From: Rozella allomycis CSF55
Taxonomy: Eukaryota
Length of the DNA stretch: 64,000 nt
Reading direction: 5' to 3'
Assembly: GCA_000442015.1 (NCBI GenBank)
Contig: KE560523.1
Location: 1 to 64,000, forward strand
Below are positions 11,753 through 29,659 of the stretch, piece by piece. The notes under the pieces were generated by a model, which worked only from the letters and a program-made list of their open reading frames with translations, did not search any database and was not told the origin of the DNA. A program made the translations under genes and the position numbers. Numbering within the stretch: position 1 is the first letter of the stretch; each line of letters opens with the position of its first letter.

Positions 11753-12527
11753 ATGTCGGCACCAAGACCTTTAACAGATGAAGAAGTCCAAAATGAAATG
11801 AAAAAAATGGTGGCCTTCATTAAACAAGAAGCGATTGAAAAAGCTCGCGAGATTCAGGTCAAGGCAGATGAAGAGTTTAACATTGAAAAGGCCAAACTCG
11901 TTCGCCAAGAGACTCTGGCAATAGAAGCAAACTATGCAAGAAAATTTAAACAAGCTGAAGTGTCCAGAAAAATGTAAAATCTCATTCTTCGTTTCAACAG
12001 AGCACAATCAACTCACTTTAATAAGGCCAGACTCAAAGTATTACAGACCAGAGACCAAATGATCGAGGAATTATATAACGATGCTAAAAGTCGGTTGCCG
12101 ACACTTGCCAAAGACCATCAGCAATATCAAGCCATTTTGAATGATCTAGTTTTGCAATGCTTCTACCAACTCATGGAGACAAATATTGTCATCCAATGTC
12201 GTAGACAGGATGAAGAGATGGTAAAAAATGCTATCCAATACGCTTGTGAGCAATACAATTCACAGTTGCACAGAAATGTAAATGCAACAATTGATTCTCA
12301 ATATCTTTTTGATACTTGGTAGATAACATTTAAACTTTGTATATTTAGTGCTGGTGGTATTATAGCGTCTGCAAATGATGGAAGAATCAGATGCGCAAAT
12401 ACTTTTGAATCTCGTTTGGAATTGCTCTCGCAACAAGTAAACCATGATTTTAAAATTGGAAAAGATGTTGCCTGATATTCGTTTGATGTTGTTTGGTCCA
12501 TCAGAAAACCGCAAGTTCTTTGATTAA
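11753..12527 (+). CDS. VMA4: V-type ATPase subunit E
   Basis: EMKKMVAFIKQEAIEKAREIQVKADEEFNIEKAKLV ... LFGPSENRKFFD; 3 mini-introns. Confidence 0.97.
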
Positions 12528-12717
12528 TAATAAAGGAATCACTTTTTCTGTGTAATGTTGTGAATAATATATTTGATTTCCTTTACTGCATACTTACTTT
12601 GTAATATTTATTAATGATCACAAAATTTATCTTAAAAAGTGCCTTTATTAGTTGTATTTGAATTGCTAGAGAGTTTCATTTCGACTCAGCCTCGGCTGTA
12701 GCATTAATCATACAAAA

Positions 12718-13408
12718 ATGGCTGCAAAAGCATCAAATAAGAAAAGAAAAAAATCTGAAGTTGATGAAAAGTTAGAAAATGGAAATTGTGATACAAAAAC
12801 GAATGTTTCAACTGAAGAACAACCTCTAGCTGAACTTGAAGCAACGTCGTTACCAATAGTTTTTCAATGTTTAAAATGCAAGACAATAGTATCTGATTCA
12901 ATATCTTGGAATGGCATCGATATGAATCTCATGCTGATGAGTGTGAAATCAATAACGCCATTTGCGCGTAAATCGGATAAAACTAAATCAGATTCTTCAA
13001 AAAAGTATTTATCATTTGCTTATGTTATAGTAAATACATGGATGTGGAGTGCGGTAATTGTGGAGTTGGCATTGGAAAATATTATATCGAAACAGAGCCT
13101 GACATGGCGGACCTTTTCAGGTATGAAAGATATTTTATGGACATAAGAGGTCAATATGCATTAGAAGTTTCTAAAATTTTAACGTAATTCAATATTAAAT
13201 GTCTTCATTGAAGATATCAACTGGGGATGTATCTAAATAACCCAAAAGAAGCGGAAGAAACCTACGAAAGTCTTTTTGGGTGTACTCATGACGGCGAAAC
13301 AGAAGAAAATACTAAAGTAATTAATGTACAAATGCAAGATAGGTTATCGATAGGATAATTAAAATAGAAGAACGATTAAATCAACTTGAAAAACGGTTAA
13401 TAGATTGA
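12718..13408 (+). CDS. MIS18: Mis18 (Yippee-Mis18 zinc-binding) centromere protein
   Basis: IVFQCLKCKTIVSDS ... VECGNCGVGIGKYY ... LTYQLG and a C-terminal coiled coil. Confidence 0.75.
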
Positions 13409-13436
13409 TTAATAAACTCGCTAACAAAAAAATTCA

Positions 13437-13787
13437 TTACTCTTTCAGAAGTTTCTGTAATTTCCCACTGTTGAAAGCTTCATAAGTATCGTCGCATCCG
13501 CCTAGATGATTTCCCTTGATGAAAATATTTGGGACAGTTGTTTGGCCTGTCATTTTGGCCAGCTCGTTTTGTATTTCAGAACCGTTGCCTTTTTTAAAAT
13601 TAATACCAATATATACTTTCTTGGTCAAGTTCTAATGCAAAGTACGAAACATTGATGTTCTCAAACAACTTTTTCGCTTTTTTGCAGTAAGGGCAATAAG
13701 ATTTGCTAAATATCTTTGCTTTCATTTAGATTTGCTTATTACCATTACGTTATTTTCAGCTATTAACTTTTTCACTAGTGCGTTCAT
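13437..13787 (-). CDS. Dithiol glutaredoxin
   Basis: Spliced IFSKSYCPYCKKAK, TGQTTVPNIFIKGNHLGGCDD. Confidence 0.95.
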
Positions 13788-13855
13788 TTGACCAGCTTGT
13801 ACAAGCCACAACAATTAGAATTCCTTTTGATGTTTATGTAAGGGAAATTGTTGCT

Positions 13856-16287
13856 ATGCCAGAAGCGAAAGTAAAGAGGTAGAATGCAAAATGTTAAAAT
13901 GAAAGAAAAATTAAGCCTGGAAAAATTGATGTGCATCCAACCGATGATGCGATAATTGTAAACTATACAGTTGAAACACAACTGATTGATGAGCAAGATA
14001 TGGTCCAGGTGCAAAAATCAAGACAGCAAAAGTGGTAAGTATATATTTTAAGAGTTTATAGTATAAATGTGACAAATTTAAAAGATTTCGAATCTGATTT
14101 TGCGTCATTGGCATTGGAGATTGTTGAGCAATCTAAATTGATTCACCCATCAAAAGTAAAGGAGGTTGAACAACTACTTTATTACCTTTTGAAAAGAAAG
14201 AAGGAATCTTTGATGGGTAAATTTAAAGAGTTAATTTGATGTTAGAGACGGAGCAATTGTCCGCATTGGTATCTCAGATTTCAAAGACGAATTCAAATTC
14301 TGATGAGTTTATAAATGTATTTTAGTTCTTTAAATTTAAGAGGTGAATTTAGAGAACTTGGATGAATATATTGATCAGTTGTATGAAGATCTTGGCCAAA
14401 AGGTTGCAGGTACGAAATGCTTGTATTTTCTGGCTCACACGATGGATAATTTGTATGAATTGATTGTCAATGGTAAATGGATTATATTGCTAAAAGAAGA
14501 ATCATTTATGAATGCCGTTACGAGAGTATTATTGGAAGATGGAAGAAAGAGTATTGATTTGACATTTAACATTTGTTTTATTTTTTCTAATTTTTCATTA
14601 TATTCAGATTTCCATTCGATTATTCATCAATATAAATTGATTGATTTGATGTTGAAAACTTTTAATTTTGAAATGAAGCGTGGCGAAGTTATTTTAAGGG
14701 AAGGGTCATCGAAACAAAAAGCGTTACAAAAGCATAACAAATTGATGTGTGGTAAAATAAAGAATATACAGAAATTAGTGTTAATAAATTTCTTCTTGAA
14801 TGTTAGTGAAGATATCTCGGTTGAAATGTCACTAGCAAAAGACTCGATGATTTCTAGATTATTGACCCTTGTTTTAAGAGAAAATTCAGACCTTCAGATT
14901 ATTTCATTAATTTATTTAACAAAACTCTGCGTATTTCAAGAAAACATTAAAGTTTTGATTAATGATTCTGAATCTCTATGTAATTCTATTGAGAGTTTAT
15001 TTTCTTCAAAATCAATCGTAGAGATTATTGAATAGAAATAATTGTAGGAGGTTTTAAAAATTTCCGTTCGATTTCTTTTAAATATTTGTCATGAAGTTCA
15101 AATCAGATTAATTTTATCGAGATTGAATATTCTTCCAAAAATAATCCAAATTTTAAACTATCCGATTTCACCAGAACCAATTCTTTGTTTATTGTACTTG
15201 TTGAGTATTGATGACAAGGCTAAATCGTTCTTTGCGTTTACTGAGATTGTCCCATTTGTAAACCAATTTTAATATTGTTGAATTAGTTGATGAAAAATAT
15301 TTTAGAATGCCCAGATCAAAAATTACCATTTGAGCTTATGGGTTTATCAATAAATATTGCTTCAAACCCACAAGTGGCAGAATTGATTGTTCAAAATAAC
15401 GGTCTAAAGTTCTTAATAAAGAAAGCAACAAAAACTCTTGATAATCTTTTACTTAAATTTATTCGCAATTTATGCCAACATGATCTCACTAAATCTCTAA
15501 TTTTGGTAACATTTATTCTACTTTATTACAGGATTATCTTGATGAATTAATGATTCTTCTTGTTCATGAAACTAATCAAGATGTTTTTATAGAACTATTA
15601 GGAATATTAGCAGCTATAGACATTGAAGGAATGGATTATGCGAAATTGGTAGACAACTATGATCTACTTGCATTTATAAACCAACTAATCATAAACAATG
15701 AATGTGATGATGACATTATATTGGAAGCTGTTATTTTCTTTGGAGTTTTACTACGTAAACATTTCATTCACTTTAAACCATTTAGAAGATGAGGCTGTGG
15801 TATTGAAAGTATTGCAGTCTAAAATCTTTGATAGTCTTTTCACTCTTTTATCTAGAAAGAAATATGATGAAGAAATTATATTTCAAGTCATTTATGCTTT
15901 TNTTCAAGTTATTTATGCTTTTTACAATATTCTTCTATTTGAATTCTCTCATCCAAAAATTATTGAAAGCAAAGGTATCTTTCCACATTAATATTATTAG
16001 ATTTGACCACCACACTGCTTGATTTCATGTATCACAACCGTCAAGATATCAGAATATTATGCGACACTTGTTTAGATATCATTGCCGTAAATTGTCACGT
16101 CCTTTGTTTCTTATAGGATGTCGATCAAGAACAACATGAAAAAATTAAACAGCAAAGATTCCATTGGCACAATCAAGAATGGATAAACTGTGTTGAAAAC
16201 AACATGGAAGAAGAATTTTCAGATAACGACGTTGATGATGAACTTTACTTTGGTCAAAATTTTATGCTGGAAGGACCAGATTTTTGA
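13856..16287 (+). CDS. KIFAP3: Kinesin-associated protein 3 (IFT kinesin-2 accessory subunit)
   Basis: KRKIKPGKIDVHPTDDAIIVNY, KLIHPSKVKEVEQLLYYL, LDEYIDQLYED, EDGRKSIDL, RFHWHNQEW; more than 10 mini-introns. Confidence 0.92.
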
Positions 16288-16416
16288 CTCTAATAAAAAC
16301 CATTTTTGCCATGAATGGTTTTATGTATATGATAAAATTGTTTTGTGCTTATGTTCAAATTGTTTTCGTGATTTGATTAAACATAGCAAATAATCGTTAC
16401 TCAGCCACATATTTTT

Positions 16417-17421
16417 ATGCGTTGTTCAAACTGTCCCGAACCCTCTTGCAAATACAAGTGCATCAATTGCCATAACTATACGTAATTATTAAATATCTTT
16501 CAAGATAGTTGTTCATTAAAATGTTTCAAGTTACACAAGAACACATGCGATGGAAAAGTTGTGCAAAATACGATGCACTTGGAACAAGAAGAGACCAATA
16601 TGAACCACCAAATTACTTCGTGTGATACAAATGCACAGACAAATGATTCGGAAAGCTTAAATGATCACTCTACTGTTCATACTACTCTAGTCAATGACGA
16701 AACAACCATTCAACCTAATCCAGTACCCACTACATATTTTGACGACGAATCTTCATCTGGTGAAGATGATAACATTGTTGAAATTAATTCCTTGATGAAT
16801 CAACAAGGCCAAGGTATTTTCTTACATACTCGAATATTCAGATCCCCTATCTTTAACTGGACAAAATATAGATTTTATCAGCTCTATCAATGTGGAAATG
16901 CAAGATCGTTTCTCAAACCAAGATGCTACTATTATTGCAAACTCTATAAATAATTCTTCTAGAGCTCCAACAAACACCTTACTTTTAAGAAACAAGCCAA
17001 CTAAATGCAAAGTCTGTTCTGTAACTACAGGAAGATACAAATGTCCTAAATGTAGATCTATAATGTAAATTGTAATCTTCTTTATCACAAGTTGTTCCCT
17101 AAATTGCATGAAGGCTCATGAAGATACCGACTGTTTTCTTGATATGCCTCTTACAGAAGAACCAGATGTACCCGAAGAAGATCATAGTGCTGACAACCTT
17201 TTGACAGAAGAAACACGAGAAAATTTGCGTAACTTTACCTTCTTTTTGAAATTCTAGTCAATTCAAAAATAATCGCGTCATATCTTAAAAACGAGTCTTT
17301 AAAAGATTTGATCAAAGAAATTCGTAACAGTGAATCGCCAAAAGAAGTCTTGATGCGCGAATTCAAAAATAACACGCAGGGCATCCAAGATTTTGTTTGC
17401 GAAATCTTGAAATTTTTGTAA
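16417..17421 (+). CDS. ZNHIT3/Hit1-like protein with two zf-HIT domains
   Basis: CSNCPEPSCKYKCINCHNYTCSLKCFKLH at the N-terminus, acidic linker, CKVCSVTTGRYKCPKCRSIICSLNCMKAH, then a Hit1-like helical C-terminus; continuous frame after removing 4 mini-introns. Confidence 0.75.
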
Positions 17422-17478
17422 TAAATCCACTTTTTCCTTTGCTTTGTTTGTTTATCGGAGTTCGTTTGTTATTAATTT

Positions 17479-18231
17479 ATGACATCGAATCAAGAATACA
17501 AAGGCGCGGGAGAGGCTAAAAAGAACACGTAATATTGAATACCGTGTTTAATATAGTGTATTTGTAAAGGTTGGGATGGTTGGTGATAGTCAAATTGGCA
17601 AAACATCACTAATGGTTAAATATGTAGAGGGAACATTCGACGAAGACTACATTCAAACACTCGGTAAAAGGAAGTTATTTTAATAAAAGGTGTTAATTTT
17701 ATGGAAAAGACAATTTCGATTCGTAACACGGAAATCACATTCTCTATTTGGGATCTAGGAGGTACAAAATTTGTATAGTCTACATTAGGCCAGAAAGAAT
17801 TCATCAATATGTTACCATTAGTATGCAATGACGCTATAGCGATTTTGTTTATGTTTGATCTGTCACGAAAATCAACATTGAATAGCATCAAGGAATGGTA
17901 TAGACAGGCTCGAGGATTCAACAAAGTAAAAATTGTACATTGTGAAAATTCTAGTCGGCAATTCCCTTTTTGATCGGAACTAAATACGACCAATTTACTC
18001 AATTGTCCCGGGAAGAACAAGAAGATGTCACCATGCAGGTAAACTCGTGAATGTTTAGGAAATCAGTCTCGAAGATTCGCAAAAGCAATGAAGGCGCCAT
18101 TGATATTCTGTAGCAGCGCTAGAAATATAAATGTACAAAAAATTTTCAAGATTGTATTGAGCAAAGCATTTGATCTAAAATGTTCTATACCCCGGGAAGA
18201 AACAATCGGTGCACCCATAATTGAATATTAA
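17479..18231 (+). CDS. TEM1: Tem1/Spg1 septation/mitotic-exit GTPase (missed by the ORF track)
   Basis: [66 protein letters not shown]; 5 mini-introns. Confidence 0.95.
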
Positions 18232-18280
18232 TAATAATAAATATAGCAATAAGTAAAATAATAAACTTGTAAAGATAAAT

Positions 18281-19037
18281 TTAATCTTGACGACATTTTA
18301 AGGTTCTAGTGATAACTTTATCTGCTGTACTAATTTAATCACGTGTTATCAATTTACATTATGTAGACAACAGCACCCCAACCAGATAAGGCATCTCTAT
18401 CGACTGCATTTACTAATGCTTGGGAGACTATTTCAAACAGTTCTTCTGGTTCCTAACTTGTAACTTCAACGTAAAATTACCAAGTCAGGTTCATAGAGTG
18501 ATTCACACATACCATACAAATTGGGACCACAAGTACCACCAACAACAAAGTCTTTGGCAAAATTTATGCACCCAATAACATCCATTGAACAAATAAATGG
18601 TTCATTTGTCTTGGAATTCAGTCCTGCAACAATTGGCTCACAGTAATATGGTCCGAAACGTTTTTCATACAGAGTAGAGGAGACCATGTTTGCAAAAGTA
18701 ACTGGTTCAATATCGCGTTCGTGATTCAAACTATACATATTGACTTTGTACCTAAAAGTTTCGCTCAAAGTAATAACGTCAGTCGCTAGACCCTAAAAAT
18801 TGTAGTAAATGTATTGTACACTCAAACCCAAGTAAAGTTTATCATGTATAGGGAACACCTAGATAATTAAACTAGTAAAAACATACTTTAGGAAATTCAG
18901 TGCTGACTGTGAGGGCTTGTTGGCCCAAACGTTTATCGGATGCAATAGCCACACACCCCTTTCCTTTCATAGCTACAACAGCACCTCCGTTATATTGCAT
19001 GATAGACTAAATTATAAAGTTGAGGGATCTTTACCAT
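18281..19037 (-). CDS. PUP3: 20S proteasome subunit beta-3
   Basis: [49 protein letters not shown]-terminal LKCRQD. Confidence 0.96.
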
Positions 19038-19356
19038 TTGGATGATTAAGAATTTTCGTAATTGAAGGGGGGGAGAGTTTAACAATTTCAGAAGTAAATT
19101 CGGCATGGCGCATCTTTAAAATTGATATTTTTTTAATTAAATAATTTAAATCTAGCGACATGATACATTTAATTCATGTCATTTTAAAATTGTGGCGAAA
19201 ATGCAGTGGTAATCCATCATTCGAAGTTTTAAGTTTATAACTTTATTGCACGTTTGCACTTAATACAAGGATGTGATAGCATTGCCTATTAATTTGGATT
19301 TTTTGTATTGAAACCCAAATTAAGAAACCTGAAATTTCAAAGTCCCAACTCCGATT

Positions 19357-21473
<2,117 letters not shown>

Positions 21474-21513
21474 ACACTGTTTATATATTTTACGAAATTT
21501 TCTTTTTTCTTTC

Positions 21514-22581
21514 ATGGCTATCTTGGAGGTAAATTTACTACATCTAAGGCATTAAGATACTTTCAGTCATAGCATTGCTAACTACTCCATTCATTTTACT
21601 ATTTTTAAATATCTTTATATTCATTCATTACCCATGGATCTTTCCAATTTATTATATAGTCCGCTTTATTCTTCTTTCATCTCACAAAGATTATACATCA
21701 ACTAAATTAAGATCAATGGCTTTATTTAATCATGCAAGAGATTATTTCCCAGTCTCTATAAATATTGAAAGAGCCAAGGAACTGGACCCAGAAAAAAGTT
21801 ACATGATTGGATACCATCCACATGGAATCATTGGTATAGGATGCCTTGTGAATTTTATGTCCGAAGCAAACAACATTTCCAGCATTTATCCTGATCATAA
21901 CATTAGAGTCGCAACATTGAATATGCATTTTGCATTTCCAATCTGGTCAGAATATTTCAAGGCGCTAGGGTTCATTTCAGCCAATAAAAGCTCTATTAAA
22001 AATCATTTAACTAGAAAGTGTTCAAAGGGCAAAAAGTACTCTGTCGTAATTGTAGTTGGCGGGGCGTCGGAAGCGTTGGTAAACAATCGCAGAGTGTTTA
22101 AAAGGATGCACATCCAGGTACATTGGATTTGACTCTGAAGAAAAGAAAAGGTTTTTTTAAACTAGCACTACAGACTGGGTAATATGACATAATGAATGAT
22201 AAAGCACCTCCCTGGTACCCTGTTTATCATTCGGAGAAAATGATGTCTTTAATCAGATAAACAATGGACATGGAACCTTTCTTAGAAAAGCACAAAAATG
22301 GCTGACAAAGATATTCACATTCTCATTGCCTTTGGTTTATGGCCATGGGAAACTAATGTGTATGCCCGCCAAAACGCCAATCACGACCATTAGTAAAATA
22401 CGCAAGATAAAATTAAACAGTGGGGAGACCCGTGATTGTCAAGGAGCCCATTGAACATCCTACCGCAAATGAAATCTTAGAGTTGCAAGAAAGATATATG
22501 GCTGAACTAAAGGCAGTATTTGACGAACATAAAGAAAAATTGGGAAAGAATTTGAAAACTCCATTAAGATTTGTGCATTGA
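21514..22581 (+). CDS. DGA1: Diacylglycerol acyltransferase DGAT2 family
   Basis: N-terminal TM, RDYFP, GYHPHGI, IVVGGASEAL, KRKGFFKLAL, LVPCLSFGEND. Confidence 0.92.
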
Positions 22582-22634
22582 TTAGTAACTTGAAATAAAT
22601 AGTTTACGGATGGTCCTTTTTGTAAAATTCCTAG

Positions 22635-24948
<2,314 letters not shown>

Positions 24949-24971
24949 AAATATAATTTATTGATTTGGTT

Positions 24972-25474
24972 TTAGTTTTCAGATTTCTTATGATGAACAT
25001 TGTGAGGTCTATAATTGTCATCCTTGTCAAAACTGGTTTTATTACCCTTCTTTTCTTGCTGTCGCTTTCTCAATGTTTCATTCTTCTTTTGAATCTTTTT
25101 CTTTCTTTGATCTGAATTTCCACCTCCTCCAGCAGTAAATTCTACATTTATTTGTCTTCCTTGAAATGGAGTCTGATGGCAAGCTAGGGCTTTCTAAGAA
25201 CACTATTTGTAATTAAATACCTCCATAGAAATATGATCTTTAAATTCAACAAATGCAAAACCTTTGGATTTACCGGTTTCTTTGTCAGTCATCAACCTAA
25301 CTTGTTTTAAATTACATCCTTTCTTTTCGCCAAAGTAGACTTCTAAATCCTTCGTGGTTGTACTAAATGGAAAGTTTCCTGTTTTTAAAAATATTAAATC
25401 TTACCCACAAACGCTAAATATCTTTTGTTTTCTATGATCTTTCTCTGAAATGGTACTTTCTTGACTTTGGACAT
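24972..25474 (-). CDS. NOP6: RRM protein, Nop6-like (missed by the ORF track)
   Basis: RYLAFVGNFPF (RNP2), SKGFAFVEF (RNP1), GRQINVEFTAGGGGNS followed by a basic tail. Confidence 0.8.
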
Positions 25475-25590
25475 TGCTCAGCCACCAAAATTTGAAACTA
25501 TTTTCAAAGTCACATCCTTTGGTTGTCATAATTATTAGAAAATAAGATAACAGTCATAACAGTCTAAATTTCAAAATTTTATTGTGAGGT

Positions 25591-26842
25591 TCATTCAGTC
25601 TCAAGAAGTCTATTTATCTTGGCTAACTGACTTGAAGCACTCAAAGTAAACTTATTCTTTTCACCTAATTGTGATCGATACAGTTCATATGCCTTTGAAA
25701 CAGCAGGAATAGCTTGTCTAGCTACTTCTTTATAAATATGACGTGGTATCTACTAAAATTCAGTTCCATAAATATTACTTCATGCTTTAATCTTTCATGC
25801 ATACCTTTTCCTTTTCTTTTAAGTCTTGCATTATGAGATACAATCGACTATTTAAATATCTCTTCCAATTTTACCGTCACAGCACTAACAATTGAACGCT
25901 TCCTATCGACATTCTTTCCTGGCGATTGTTCAGCATTCCTTGGTATCAATAGAGATCTACCATCCATTGATATTTGTGAACCTCTTCTATGAAGTCCTTT
26001 TTCGACAGGTAAATGAGGTGAGCCTGGAACTAATATCTCCAATGTGTTGGGGCTTGTTGGCCTTTCAGCATCCTTGCTATGGTCTTCAAAAACAAATGAT
26101 TCTAACGTGACCATAGGAAAATCAGCTTTCGGTTCCTCAAGAGTAATCTCTGGTGATTTTCGAACACTTTCTGTCTCGTCGTCAAGACGTTGCTTCATAA
26201 ACCATTCAGTAACTTTGCTCACAGTAGATGATGAATGACCTTCAGTCAATGTTTTGGTGGAAAACACGTCCAGTTGGCTAGACGCACTGGTGAATCTTGG
26301 CGGTTTCATCGTATCTTGTTCCAAAACAAGTTATATTTTACTTTGCATAAGTGATCCTTCCAAAGATTTAATAGTCTTAAAATTCCCTGTACTAGCAGCT
26401 ATTTCACCATCATCTGCATTGATAATTAGCTCAGGTACTTTCCATGCTAGCTTTTCTTCGTCTACAGTATTATCAACTCTTGACTGCATGACAGAGGATT
26501 GCTTTGAATCATCCGAAAATATGAATAATTGGCTTTTTGTTCTGACTTTACTCGTTAAACCATCTACGGCGTTAAGAATTTTGTCGTAACGTCCCTCATT
26601 GCTTTCAAATGAGAGCTGCTTATAAAGTGTTTGACTTCGTTTGAGAAGACTCTCTAAAGAAATTAACTTGGCAGAATCGTACCTTTAGATGACTTACATT
26701 TTCCAAGCGCCAGGGCTATTACTGGGTCTACTTCGCGATCGATAAATTCCTTTGAAGTATAATACTCAAAGTTTGGATTAAACCTTAAAATTTCGTTTAT
26801 GTCACATTCTTGTCTTCCTCGTCCAAATAAGTAGTCACTCAT
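25591..26842 (-). CDS. Hypothetical protein
   Basis: Continuous frame from MSDYLFGRG across mini-introns into ORF 25848-26324; no family recognised. Confidence 0.45.
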
Positions 26843-26937
26843 CTAATTTGAAAAATTTACAATATCAATATGATTGCGGAGTATAGTCGATATGAAAGAC
26901 TTTTGTGACATATTTCAAAACTCATTCAAAGTATCAA

Positions 26938-27010
26938 GCCCGGCTAGCTCAATCGGCAGAGCGTGAGACTCTTAATCTCAAGGTTGCGAGTTCGACCCTC
27001 GCGTTGGGTG
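26938..27010 (+). tRNA. tRNA-Lys (anticodon CTT)
   Basis: GCCCGGCTAGCTCAATCGGCAGAGC..CT-CTT-AA..GGTTGCGAGTTCGACCCTCGCGTTGGGTG cloverleaf, 73 nt, followed by a T-run. Confidence 0.96.
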
Positions 27011-27140
27011 ACTCTCTTTTTGTTTGCATTTATTTGCAGCGTCTTTTTACAATTTAACAAATACTTTGATAACAAACCCAATAATTTTTTTATAAACTGA
27101 CTTCTAATTATGAATGGTTATCCTGGTCGTTTACCGAACC

Positions 27141-28405
27141 ATGCAAGATATAATCCCAAAGGTGCTTATGAAATATGTAAGATATTTTAGAGTGTATGTT
27201 CTACAAATTGCCAAATATTTTCTGCATCTTCTACTTCAAACTTTGAGTGGATATTTACCGCTGGTGAAGATGGTAACATAAGAGTATATGATTTTTTTAA
27301 CTCTGTAAACTCTGCACATCCCATTCCACAATCTTTAAGATCACAATATTTTGAAACAATAGACTCTGTAAGATTATGGATGAAATGCTTATAGAATATT
27401 GTCAACTTGTCAGATTATTGCCTATATGATTCAAATAAGGCAAGTACGTAAAATATCTTACTATAATAGTCCAAATACCAGTGTTCTCAATCTTATCGCA
27501 AAAGGACGCGGCGTTTCTTGCTGCTGGAATGGAGGTAAAAGAGGATTGTAGTTTACGTAGAATGGTGACATTCATCTTAGCACTATTAGATTTGACCGCG
27601 GTAAAGTGTTTCACACATTAAGCGGGCATCAATCAACGGTTTCAGAGTTGGCCTTTTTGGACAATGAAACAAAATTATTGAGCGGATCCTGGGATAAAAA
27701 TATATCTGTAAAGTTTGTTTCATCAATAATATGAAGTTGTGGGATTTAGATACAGGTTCTTGCATCAAGACTTACACAAAGCAACATGTTTCACAAATAT
27801 CTGCGATTGATGTTTTAAATGAAAATCTCTTTCTAAGTGCAGGTGTTGATGGTTTTGTTTGTCTTTGGGATAGTCGCACGTCACAGGTTGCTCACTTGGG
27901 GAAGGATTTGAAATCCACTTGGTGTTTCACAGTAAAAGATGAGGGTAATATTTAAAAAATAGGCATCTTGGGCTCGTAACGGGGCGGCCATAGTTGTAGG
28001 AAGAAAGAATGGTTACTGTAAGTATAGATAAAATCTATTTTGATAGGTGAGATTTGGGACTCAAGAAAAACTGATTCCCCCGTTCACATTATTAAATGCC
28101 CGTTAGATACTGGCGCATTACACAAAGCAAAATTCTATCGCAATAATGATACCCTAGTCCTGTAATTTTTATTTCATTTACTGAGTAGGGCCTACCATGA
28201 TTTTTTGCGTTTGTACTCCTTGTCAAAAGAGGAGTTTTACATTGTTCCAGGTTATGCTACTACTGCAATAAGTTCTTTACGTATCCTATATATTTTTCTT
28301 TTAATAGTCGTCGATGAATCGAATGAATTCGTAGTGTGCACATCAGGCGACAGAGGTTGGAAATCGAATTCAACAAATCAAATAGTTTTTTATGTGCATA
28401 ATTAG
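27141..28405 (+). CDS. SPT8: SAGA subunit Spt8-like WD40 protein
   Basis: DIIP..WIFTAGEDGNIRVYD, PVFSILSQ..AGMENGDIHLSTIRFDRG, LLSGSWDKNISLWDLDTG, IVPG..TSGDRGW motifs match Spt8. Confidence 0.8.
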
Positions 28406-28446
28406 AGAATAATAAACAATTCCTTTTTTGAAACTATAATTTTTTG

Positions 28447-29584
28447 ATGGTATTGGATTTAGGATTTTTCATGAACGAGAATCATGAATATTACCCAGGA
28501 ATGCTCACACAAATGGCTTCACAAGTTGATCCACATGAAGATCCATTTACGAAACTAGCATATCAGCTTGCCCAACAAGACTTAAATAAAGAAAATCGCG
28601 CCAGCAGCAATAGGCGCCCTTTAAGTCCGCTAAACAATACATCATCATCTGCATATGTGTTAAAAATAGACAATAGTAAGATTAGAAGAGAGAAAAATTA
28701 TAACTCGCCTGTGGGGACACCTTTTCGAGACTTGAAAAAGATTGACCGACTCGAAAATAGAAAAACACCTGAAAAATCAACAGCCAAATCAAATCCAGTC
28801 AATGAATCATATTATGGAACTCCAAAGATGGGGCGAATTGAAAGCGTAGAAAAGATCACACCGAGTCCACTCTCCAGTAGTAGTAAAAGCAAAGTAACTA
28901 ACTTCTGATAATGTGATTAGTCGGATCTTTTATTTGAAGTTGTTACCCCTTCTATAGAAAAACTTCGTCAAGACAGACTAAAAACACCATCACCAACACC
29001 ATCCAGTTCATCCAAGCAATCATCATCGACTTCATTCTCCCTTGGAAAAAATAAAAGTTCTAAACCAGACTTTGTCACGTCTTTTGCAGTTATTTCCCCG
29101 TCAGAAAAGACAAGGAGCGGACTTTCCTTAAAAACATCAAAAGGAACTTTGGAAATCGCATCAATTATGGAATTAGAGAAGAAAGATTTGCGTATGATTA
29201 AAGCATTAGAAAAGATAAAACTTGAAAAGAAACAACAAGAAGAACAAAAGGCTAAGAAAAATAGATACTCTCACATTCAGTCAAGATACAAAGTAAATTA
29301 ATAACTAATTTAGGAAAGAACATTTTGAACACACAAAATGCAAAGACAAAGAAAGAGAATGCTGATAATACTTTAAAGACGATATTGGATAAACGTCAGT
29401 CAATTCCGGATCTGCTAGAATCATCGGAAACCAATAAAAAATTGGCAGAAATTGAAGGAAAACTTTATGAAAACCAGATTTCAAAAGACGCATGGATAAA
29501 TTTAAAAATGGCAGAGTATGAGAAAGAATTGAGTAATCTTTCGCTTTCAATGTAATTTTAGAGAAAAAATTTGACCTTGAATAG
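28447..29584 (+). CDS. Hypothetical Ser/Pro-rich protein with C-terminal coiled coil
   Basis: Frame kept across 3 mini-introns; many SP/TP sites; no family recognised. Confidence 0.5.
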
Positions 29585-29659
29585 GCTAAAATTAAAAGTA
29601 TAGAAATAAATCTTCATTTTTTGGTTACTAAAGTAATTTTTTTGACATAAATTTCCAGT

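Noticed and set aside
17616-18020. 134-aa minus-strand ORF
   Set aside because: Antisense shadow of the spliced Tem1/Spg1 gene on the plus strand.
27187-27768. Three short minus-strand ORFs
   Set aside because: Antisense to the spliced SPT8 gene.
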